From NCBI RefSeq assembly GCF_006345805.1, contig NW_021823599.1:1-21893 (forward strand): a DNA stretch of 21,893 nt. The letters are read 5' to 3'. Positions 11,868 through 20,935 of the stretch are shown one piece after another. Positions within the stretch are counted from its first letter, which is position 1, and every line of letters starts with the position of its first letter. The notes beneath the pieces were generated by a model. It was not told the DNA's origin, made no database searches, and saw nothing but the letters and a program-made list of their open reading frames with translations. Source of the DNA: Octopus sinensis. Lineage: Eukaryota. The translations under genes were made by a program, and so were the position numbers.

Positions 11868-12256
11868 TCTTTTCTACTCCAGGCACAAAGCCCGAAATCT
11901 TGGTGGAGGGTCCAGTCGGCCCCAGTGCGTAACTGGTACTTATTTAATCGACCCCAAAAGGATGAAAGGCAAAGTCGACCTCGGCGGAATTTGAACTCAG
12001 AACGTAAAGACAGACGAAATACCTATTTCTTTACTACCCACAAGGGGCTAAACACAGAGAAGACAAACAAGGACAGACAAACAGATTAAGTCGATTATAT
12101 CGACCCCAGTGCGTAATTGGTACTTATTTTATCGACCCCGAAAGGATGAAAGGCAAAGTCGACCTCGGCGGAATTTGAATTCAGAACGTAGCGGCAGACG
12201 AAATACCGGTAAGCATTTCGCCCGGTGTGCTAACGTTTCTGCCAGCTCGCCGCCTT
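11868..12256 (-). mobile_element. SINE family C, head-to-tail dimer (full unit 12024-12256, 5'-truncated unit 11868-12023)
   Basis: Minus strand head AAGGCGGCGAGCTGGCAGAAACGTTAG with B-box-like GA(G/A)TTCAAATTCC. The block CCCCAGTGCGTAA.TGGTACTTATTT.ATCGACCCC.AAAGGATGAAAGGCAAAGTCGACCTCGGCGGAATTTGAA.TCAGAACGTA occurs twice in direct orientation (about 11920-12006 and 12104-12190). Confidence 0.85.
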
Positions 12257-12683
12257 ACAAAGAAAAATATTGGCTTATAAATGACCCAGGGATAGATCAG
12301 ACTAAGGATCCTTCCGATTTAAGAAATGACAGACAAATTACTTAAGGGAGAAACTTAACTACGAAAGGCGGTTATGATATTAGAAAGAGCAAGAAAAGAG
12401 AGAGAGGGGGGAGAATAGGAAGGTGGAAGAGAAAAGGGGAGGTTGAAGGGAGGAAGGAGGGACAGAGAGTAGATGAGAGTGAGAGAACATGGTAAATCTG
12501 TCTCTATTATAAACTGTACTGATGATCAGTGAAACAAGATGAAAGGTCACGAAATAAGTCATTACTTACTGCAGCTTTTATCACCGTTTTGAAAAGGACT
12601 CACTGGACACTCGGAAGAAGCTCTGGCTGAAATTTGGCAGGCATGGAAGCTTGCAAGTTAGGATTGACTTAATTTCTATTTTT

Positions 12684-13084
12684 GTTCTTTACTTGTTTCA
12701 GTCATTAGACTGCAGCTATGCTCGGGCACCGTCTTGAAGAATTTTTTAGTCGAATAAATCGATCCCAGTACGTATTTTTTTTTTTGAAGCCTGGTATTTA
12801 TTTAATCGGTCACTTTTGCCAAATCGATAATGCATGAGGAGCGAACACCGGTTACCAAGCGGTGGTGGATAACAAATAAGGACACAACCGCGTATGTATC
12901 GTTGGCGATTTTCTTTCTCCGTCTTCCCTTCCTTTGGACTTTCCTCTATTTCCGAAGAAGTGCTTGGCTCGAAACGTTAAATTCTCTTTCCTTCCTTTCC
13001 TGAGCGTCTAATAATACAATACTTGCACCACCTTCTCGCGTTATTGTTGGTTTTTCTTGTTTGTTCTTCTTTGTTTGTCTTCAC

Positions 13085-13121
<37 letters not shown>

Positions 13122-13283
13122 ATGTGTGTGTGTGACTGGTTTCTTTAAATTTCCGTCTACCAAATCCATTTGGTTGGTCTTCTATAGTAGAAGACACTTG
13201 TCCAAGGTGCCATGCAGTGGGAGTGAGCTCAGAATCATGTGGTTGGGAAGCAAGCTTTTTACCACAAGGCCACGTCTGCGCCT
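12684..13283 (-). mobile_element. Diverged SINE family A interrupted by an insertion of about 190 bp
   Basis: Tail half at 12684-12885 (TTACTTGTTTCAGTCATTAGACTGCAG...) and head half at 13135-13283 (TTTCCGTCTACCAAATCC...CTGCGCCT), separated by unrelated sequence and a (TA)(TG)n tract. Confidence 0.75.
12890..13080 (+). mobile_element. Penelope-like pseudo-LTR fragment with a minimal hammerhead-like motif
   Basis: ATTT-CCGAAGA-A-GTGC-TTG-GCTC-GAAAC-GTT-AAAT (12948-12982) follows the CUGANGA..GAAAC-GUH layout known from Penelope-like termini. The family assignment is inferred from this motif alone. Confidence 0.45.
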
Positions 13284-14004
13284 AGTGCACATATTATGGC
13301 ACAACCATATGCAATTGAATAGTAAAGTCAAATGTAGCAACAATTTTTGGTTCACTTTTTATTTCTTTTCACAATCAAATTTCATCTTATTACGAAATCA
13401 AATACTCGCAAATTATTTACCACGAAACTCTACTGGTTATTCCTTTCACTTTCTAATCACATGCCATCATTTGAATGTCGCTTTTTGTCAGATAACGAAT
13501 CTTATTTAGAGAATATTTTTAAATACATTAAACTTGCGAAGTTGATATAAATCTTACAAAACCTCATTTGTCTTTTCATTGCTTAACCTCTTCTCACACT
13601 CTATCACACTTCATTCTTTCTCAGCATCGTAGGATTAAAAGGGTACGTAATTGTATAGTCTACGTTTTAATTGGTTTAGTTCAGCATCAAAATCTCACTT
13701 GCCTCCATAAACATTACGCTATAATTTATGTGTCTTTAACACCAGACAAACACATAAACCCTCTCTATACAGATTAATTATCAGATATTACACTCAATGA
13801 GGCTGCAACGTACCATTCCTAATTCTGCTGTATTGAAATGCAGCAGAAATTGCAAATAGAATTACAAAATGTTGTGAATATGAGCATGAGAATACGAGCA
13901 ATTGTATATAGACTGACAAAGGTTAAGAATGATAATTCAGTGAAGAAAAATAAGTCCCATAAAACTATAGGATATTAATTAGTTTTATGTATTATATAAC
14001 ACAG

Positions 14005-14173
14005 GTTCAGTCGCGAGTGCATATGGTTAAGAAGCTCGCTTTTCAACCACGTAGTTTCGGGATCAGTCCCACTGCATGGTACCTTTGGCAAGTGTTTTCT
14101 ATTATAATGCACTGGAACAAACAATGCTTTGTGAGCAAATTTGGTAAACGGAAACTGTGTGGAAGCCCGTCAG

Positions 14174-14175
<2 letters not shown>
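14005..14175 (+). mobile_element. SINE family A head/core fragment ending in a (TA)n tract
   Basis: GGTTAAGAAGCTCGCT...GGGATCAGTCCCACTGCATGGTACCTTTGGCAAGTG...GGTAAACGGAAACTGTGTGGAAGCCCGTC is the reverse-complement counterpart of the family A head. Confidence 0.75.
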
Positions 14176-14223
<48 letters not shown>

Positions 14224-14297
14224 TATATATATATTATATATATATGAGCAAAACGCCCCCGTCCAATGGATGGTGGTGAGTTGTCAAACATTTAAAC

Positions 14298-14357
14298 CAA
14301 AGTTTCTCAAAACAACTTGTCCGACCGTCCCATAGGCCTCCCCTTTGAGAAACACTA
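14298..14357. mobile_element. 60-bp hAT (Charlie-like) mini-MITE with 8-bp TSD
   Basis: Perfect 10-bp inverted repeat GTTTCTCAAA (14302-14311) / TTTGAGAAAC (14344-14353) within CAGTGTTTCTCAAA-type 14-bp termini. Flanking 8-mers ATTTAAAC (14290-14297) and ATTTAACC (14358-14365) match at 7/8. Confidence 0.65.
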
Positions 14358-14399
14358 ATTTAACCTAAATTTGAGACACCAGCAAACGAAGAAATAAAG

Positions 14400-14610
14400 A
14401 TAGACTTTCTTTCTATTCCAAGAAAAACGCTTTTACAAATGCACGTTTTCACAGCTTTATCGATCGCATTCTCACCTGGAATCGACTTTTGTAATTTTTT
14501 CAAGGCTTATTCACAGCCTGATACCGTCGGTATCTACATATCAAATTTGAGTGCAATCGGATGGAGGATCCTAGAAGACAGAACAGATTTTATATTATAT
14601 ATTATATATA
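14400..14610 (+). mobile_element. Possible non-autonomous Helitron/Helentron-like repeat fragment
   Basis: CAAATTTGAGTGCAATCGGATG...AGACAGAACAGATTTTATATTATAT resembles the 3' portion of HINE/DINE-like elements. Recognition is from memory only, and no terminal hairpin was confirmed. Confidence 0.3.
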
Positions 14611-14679
14611 TATATATATATACACACAAACATACGCGCACACACACACACACACACACCACACACACACACATATATA

Positions 14680-14715
<36 letters not shown>

Positions 14716-14722
14716 TGTATGT
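14590..14722. repeat. Compound (TA)n/(CA)n/(TATG)n microsatellite
   Basis: Directly visible. Confidence 0.95.
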
Positions 14723-14734
14723 ATTCTTTTATTT

Positions 14735-15886
14735 GTTCTTTAGTGTTAGTGGGCGATTGGAACACCATTTTGGATGCACGTATGGATGGGTAGGGATAGC
14801 GGATAGTAAAGTAGGGAGCGCAACCCTCGCAAACCTGCTCAGTCGTTTCCAGCTGGCAGAGAGTTTCAGATTGGATTTCTCTAATACTCCAGATTTGTGC
14901 GGCATTTCAGCAGCACTTTGCTGAACTGCACGGGGCGAGTGGTGGCCCGGAGGTGGAGGTGAACTTTTCTTCCTACCTTGCATGTATGCCGCGGCTTTTG
15001 GCGAGGGACGTGGAATTCTGCTGAAGATATACGGCTGAAGATAACGGCTGAAGATATATGTGACGCGTTGGTTAGTTGCACGAGAGAGAAGTCTCCAGGA
15101 TTGGATGGTCTGCCCTTCGATCTTTATATACACATGCAAGACTTGTTCGGTGAGCTTTTGTGAGATGTCAACCGCAACTAGCAGCACAATGGCAGAATAC
15201 TTGGATCTATGAGCCGAGGTGTGGTGACGCTACTCAGAAAGGATCCGAACAAGGAGGGCATCGTTGATAACTTTAGGCCGGTAACTCTGCTAAATGCAGA
15301 TTACAAAATTTTGGCCAAGATGTTAGCAAAGAGGTTGGTGCTTGTCGTTGACAAACTGGCGGGTGAGGCGCAGACTTGCGCTACCTCAGCAGAACTATAC
15401 ACGACTAACTCCAACTCACGCGATACATCATAGAGAGGGTTGGTAAAGAACCTCACATGGGTGGGGGCCTAGACCATTTGGACCAAACGAAAGCTTTTGA
15501 TAGGTTCAACCATCTGTACTTAGAGGAAGTTCTCTAGGCGGCTGATTTCTGTCCCCTTTTCAGAGGCTTGATCGCTGCAATGTACAGCGACATCTGTTCG
15601 GTGGTCAAAGTAAATGGCCTCCTCTCGGAATCGTCTAGTATTGTACGTTCAGTCCGACAAGGATACCACTTCTCTACGTACTGGCACTCGAGCCATTACT
15701 GCGGAAACTGGAGGCTTCGAGGGGCATCCCGCGTGAACTCAGATATGAAAGGTTCGTGTCAGCGTATGCGGATGAAGTCACCGTGATAGTGTGGGATATC
15801 TCGGAAATAAGATGGTCGGCTCTAACCAAAGGGAATACGAAACGGTAACAGGAGCAATTATCAAACACGAGAAGTCGGTGGGACTG
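14735..15886 (+). pseudogene. Decayed Tx1/L1-clade LINE ORF2 fragment (APE endonuclease remnant, internal deletion, RT domains)
   Basis: Across frames: SLVLVGDWNTILDAR (endonuclease GDFN-type motif); ITAEDICDALVSCTREKSPGLDGLP; RGVVTLLRKDPNK...NFRPVTLLNADYKILAKMLAKRL; LDQTKAFDRFNH; VKVNG...SVRQG; SAYADEVTV (catalytic motif at 15765-15776); EYETVTGAIIKHEKSVGL. Many stops and frameshifts. Confidence 0.9.
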
Positions 15887-16571
15887 ACAAAAGCCTTTGA
15901 TACCGTTAATAGAAATGCACTGTGGAAAGTCCTCTAGAAACTTGGTTGTCCTGAAAAGTTCCTTGCTTTTCATGAAACCATGAATGGTAGGGTTAATGTT
16001 AGAGGTAAAATATCGGAGCCCATCTCAATACAAAATGGAGTGAAACAGGGAGATATTCCGGCACCGACCCAATTTGCCATATATTTTGCGATGGTTTTCT
16101 GTATTGCATTCAGAAACTGCAGATATGGTGTTTACGCCCATTATCGAACCTCTGGCAGCATATTTAATATCAGGCGCTTTGCTGCAAAAACAAAGGTATT
16201 TACCTCTATCATAAGAGATCTTTTGTATGCAAGTGATTGTGATCTAGTAGCACACACAGAGATTGATATGCAACACATTTTGAATGCATTTTCTGTTGCT
16301 TGCACTGCCTTAGGATTGATTGTCAGTCTCAAGAAAGATGTTGTCATGTATCAACCTGCCCCTGGTAAGCAGTATAGTGAACCAAATATCTATGTATATG
16401 GTAAAAAACTTGGTGCAGTTGATCAGTTTGTCTACCTGGTAAACACTGTTAACAGATATAGCAATTTGGTAAATGAAATTCCATACAGAATTAGAAAAGC
16501 TAGAAAGGCGCCTCTGGGGTCGGCGAGACATATGCAGGAAGACAGCGATAAAGGTGTACAATGTGTGCATG

Positions 16572-16635
<64 letters not shown>

Positions 16636-17514
16636 GCTCTCTTCTTTATGCCTGTAAGATCTGGGTCGCATACTGATACCACCTTAAGCATCTGGAACGT
16701 TTCCATCAGAAATGTCTCAGACGGATCTATGGCATTAAGTGGGAGGACCGCATCAGTGGTCTTGAGATATTGGAAAGCTCTCGGTGTGAAAGTATAGAAG
16801 CTCTTTTGTTGAGGCAAAGGCTCAGATGGAGTGGTCATCTGGTCTGGGTGAAAGGTTCAAGGATGTTAAAACAACTCTTTTATGGAGAGTTAGCTAAAGG
16901 AGATTGACCTCCACATAAACCAAAAAGAGGTATAAAGATTTGCTGAAGGCTTCATTGAGAGATGCCAGCATCTCTCCTGACACATGGAAGGGTATAGCTA
17001 TTGACCGTAGTAGGTGGAGAAGGATTGTGCATGAGGGGAAAGCTACTTTTGATAAATCTGGAGTTGCGTATGAGAAAGTAAGGAGGGATATCAGGAAGCG
17101 CATCGCCCTTGCACTTCCAGACAGTAAGGATCTTTCTATGATGCTGACATGCAGTGTCTGTGCAAGACCCTACCTCAGTAAAGCTGGACTCAAGAGTCAT
17201 CTTCGTAGTCATAAAGCGAGACCGATGATTGACTACCAGGCCGCTGGTGGTGGTGCTACACACCATACTAATCATATCTGTCAGGCATGTGGAATGGAGT
17301 TTGATTTGGCAAGAGGACTTAAACGACATGCAAAGGTACATGAAGCCGAATTACAACTACAGCCGGCTATTGCCAATAAAGGTTTTAGCTGCCAATTCTG
17401 TACAAGACATTGTAGATCTTTAGCTGGGCTAAAAAGTCACATTCGATCACAGCACCGTTAACCGTTAAGCATCGAGCAATGGCCATACGCGATAACGAGG
17501 TGGGGTAGCCATCA
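15884..17514 (+). pseudogene. 5'-truncated RTE-clade LINE: RT domain, C-terminus with three C2H2 fingers and 3' end
   Basis: LTKAFDTVNRNALWKVL*KLGCPEKF; NGVKQGDIPAPTQFAIYF; RDLLYASDCDLVAH (degenerate YADD, 16226-16237); SLLYACKIW; HLERFHQKCLRRIYGIKWEDRI; QRLRWSGHL; KQLFYGEL; KPKKRYKDLLK; DRSRWRRIV. All are RTE/BovB-type motifs. Ends GGTAGCCATCAT, then (GTAT)n. Confidence 0.92.
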
Positions 17515-17655
17515 TGTATGTATGTATGTATGTATGTATGTATGTATGTATGTATGTATGTATGTATGAATGTATGTATGTATGTATGTATGCATGTATG
17601 TGTGTGTGTGAGTGCATGTAAGCATGTATGAATGTATGTGTGTGTGTGCGTGTGT
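17515..17655. repeat. (TATG)n/(TG)n microsatellite between the RTE 3' end and the SINE B 3' end
   Basis: Directly visible. Confidence 0.95.
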
Positions 17656-17656
17656 A

Positions 17657-17974
17657 CTGACACTCCGTCAGTTACGACGGTGAGGGTTCCAGTTGATCCA
17701 ATCAACGGAACAGACTTCGTGAAATTAACGAACAAATGTTTGAGCATTCCATAGACCGTGTGCCCTTAACGTAGTTGTCAGCGACATTCAGCGTGATACA
17801 GAATGTGACAAGGCCGGCCCTTTGAAATACAAGTACAACTAATTTTTGCCAGCTGATTGGACTGAGCTACGCGAAATAGAGTGTCTTGCTCAAGGACACA
17901 ACTCGCCACTGGGAATTGAACTCACGACCTTACGATCGTGAGTTCAATTCCTAACCACTAAGCCAAGTGCCTTA
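17657..17974 (-). mobile_element. SINE family B (CORE-like), copy 2
   Basis: Minus strand TGGCTTAGTGG (A box), GAGTTCAATTCCC (B box), TTGTGTCCTTGAGCAAGACACTC. Colinear with 4625-4930. Confidence 0.85.
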
Positions 17975-17985
17975 TGACCCTGAGT

Positions 17986-18022
17986 GCATACATACATACA
18001 TACATACATACATATACATATA

Positions 18023-18079
<57 letters not shown>

Positions 18080-18098
18080 ATATATATCTATATATAAT
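17986..18098. repeat. (CATA)n/(TG)n/(TA)n microsatellite
   Basis: Directly visible. Confidence 0.95.
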
Positions 18099-18127
18099 AT
18101 CGTTGCTATTATGTTAAACTGTCGTAT

Positions 18128-18525
18128 ACTCTTTTACTCTTTTACTTGTTTCACTCATTTGACTGCGGCCATGCTGGAGCACCGCCTTTAGTCGAGCAAT
18201 TCCACCCCGGGACTTATTCTTTGTAAGCCCAGTACTTATTCTATCGGTCCCTTTTGCCGAACCGCTAAGTGACGGGGACGTAAACCCACCAGTATCGGTT
18301 GTCAAGCAATGCTAGGGGGACAAACACAAACACGCACACATACACATATATATATATACATATATACGACAGGCTTCTTTCAGTTTCCGTCTACCAAATC
18401 CACTCACAAGGCATTGGTTGGCCCGGGGCTATAGCAGAAGACACTTGCCCAAGATGCCACGCAGTGGGACTGAACCCGGAACCATGTGGTTGGTTAGCAA
18501 GCTACTTACCACACAGCCACTCCTG
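18128..18525 (-). mobile_element. Near full-length SINE family A, young copy
   Basis: Long stretches are identical to 9121-9549. The 3' end carries a tandem 8-mer (TACTCTTT twice on the plus strand). Confidence 0.9.
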
Positions 18526-18858
18526 TCCAAATTCTATCGATATTTAATTTTGCTTGCAATAGCCAATTCTTTTGGTCAAACTATCGTACTTGTAACTGCT
18601 TCAGATGCCAAGGTATCAAAAATTGTCAAAGTGTAGTACAACGGTATTGCTATGGAATGGTGAAACTATTCATATATAATCATAATGATGTCAGGAAAAC
18701 ACGCACACTCTCGCACACGCGCACACACACAGACAACACGCACATACACTAGATATTGAATTCGACTCCCCAAAAAGGGGAATATTCTAAGGAATCAGAC
18801 ATTCTCTGGAATTGACATGTCTTTAAGGGAAGCCATAGTCTAATTCTCGGTAGACAAG

Positions 18859-18908
18859 ACTATAACTGTGTACACCAGTTTCTGCCTCAACAGGCGTCAT
18901 CAGACAAT
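18859..18908 (-). ncRNA. Candidate type I hammerhead ribozyme
   Basis: Minus strand AUUGU-CUGAUGA-C-GCCU-GUUG-AGGC-A-GAAA-CUG-GUGUACA-CAG-UU-AUAGU. The core is exact, all three helices can form and the cleavage triplet is GUU. The helix II closing pair is an atypical C.A. Confidence 0.6.
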
Positions 18909-19151
18909 AGTTGTTCGACCTCGACTCCTGTAGACAAAGGACTTAGATTTATACATAAAGAATATTTATAGATATAAAACAAAAATGAGCTTAGGCGCCA
19001 TCAGCTTACTGGCTGCCCTCCCTTGACTCCAGTAGATATATGTCTTAGACGATAAGACAAGTGAACAATTATACCGAATGGGAATTTGCATAATTGAAAC
19101 AATAAAACCGAATGGAAATAACCCACAGCGGTCAGTGACATGAATTTTAAC

Positions 19152-19195
19152 ACATGTGCGTGTGTGTGTGTGTATGTGTGTGTGTGTGTGCGTGT

Positions 19196-19226
<31 letters not shown>

Positions 19227-19760
19227 CGCGTGTGTGTGTATGTCTGTTTGTGTTTGTGTTGTGTTTGTGAGACAGAGATAGGGAGAGACAGAGAGAGAAA
19301 GGTACAGAGAACATATATATATATATATATATATATCTATATATATATTATATTATATATCTATATACATATATATACGTTTATATGTGTATGTATTTAT
19401 ATAGGTATATACATGTTTTTATACGAGTGTATCTATGTACGTGTATATATATATATGTGTGTGTATGCGTGTATATCTATATACACACACTCTCGTTTAT
19501 AAGATTATACATCACTTTTATACATGTAAGTTCCAGTGTATATATATATGTGTATATGTATATAATATATACATATGTATATAATACATACATATATATA
19601 TATATATGTGTGTGTATGTACATATACACATGTATATATATGTATACATATAATACAAACATTCATACATATGTGTATACATAAATATTCATATGTATGT
19701 ATGCATGCCTGTGTCTGTGTGCGCATTCCTATATAGGCCTGTGTATGAGCGTGAGTACAT
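19152..19760. repeat. Compound (TG)n/(AG)n/(TA)n low-complexity block
   Basis: Directly visible. Confidence 0.9.
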
Positions 19761-20179
19761 GTGTATATGTGAAGGGTGTTTGTATGATCAGGTTCAAATT
19801 GCAACAACAAATACTAGCACCGCGACGAAAACTGATAAGAAAAAAAAAATCAACAAAAACACACCGAAAAACTAAACACTCACTCACTCACACATACACG
19901 TACACTCACACGTACATATTCAGAGACACACGCACCCAGGAAATCATATGGAATAAGAAACGAAGTGATAATGTAGAAGAAAGTAAAAGTGAATGGTCGG
20001 CGTATGTGCAGTCCATTAGTTGAGGCTAATAAAGGACCCATTTAACTGCCAATATATATTTCACTGGAAACATCATATCAATAAACAGTGACTCATATCG
20101 TAAAGACAATTCAAATCTCCAATTTAAAATACAACATTAAATGATGTTTTGTTAGTATTTTCAAAATTTTTTGTTTATT

Positions 20180-20227
20180 TTATTTCGGTGTATTATATAT
20201 ATATATATATATATATAGTATTGTGTG

Positions 20228-20267
<40 letters not shown>

Positions 20268-20476
20268 TATATATATATACACATACACATATATATACAT
20301 AATATATATATATAGATATATATGTCAGTATATATATAAATGTATATATATATGTACATATAAATATGAGTATACATACATACATATATATATATTATAT
20401 ATTATATGCATATAAATATATACATAAATATATACATACATACATGCATATATACACACACATATATATATATACA

Positions 20477-20529
<53 letters not shown>

Positions 20530-20540
20530 CATACATTCAT
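20180..20540. repeat. (TA)n/(CATA)n/(CA)n low-complexity block
   Basis: Directly visible. Confidence 0.9.
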
Positions 20541-20611
20541 ACACCATACGGTCTCTTTTTTTCTTCTTTCATTAAACATGGATATGTCTAGAAGGAATAA
20601 GTGTTTAATCT

Positions 20612-20850
<239 letters not shown>

Positions 20851-20851
20851 T

Positions 20852-20935
20852 CGAGCTGGCAAAATCGTTAGCATGCCGGGCAAAATGCTTGGTGGCATTT
20901 TGTCCGGCTTTACATTCTCAATTCAAATTCCTCCA
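20852..20935 (+). mobile_element. SINE family C head fragment
   Basis: CGAGCTGGCAAAATCGTTAGCATGCCGGGCAAAATGCTT...TTCAAATTCC aligns to the reverse complement of the head end of 11868-12256. Confidence 0.7.

Noticed and set aside
12520-12565. CTGATGA ... GAAA on the plus strand
   Set aside because: Helix II does not abut the core, and helices I and III do not pair.
17470-17700. Possible shared 3' tail between the RTE LINE and SINE B
   Set aside because: Only short gapped matches (TAAC.GA.GG..GT.G.CA), not distinguishable from chance by eye.
4625-18525. A/B-box heads as true tRNA genes
   Set aside because: No complete cloverleaf. Each continues into a shared SINE body and tail, so they are called SINEs.
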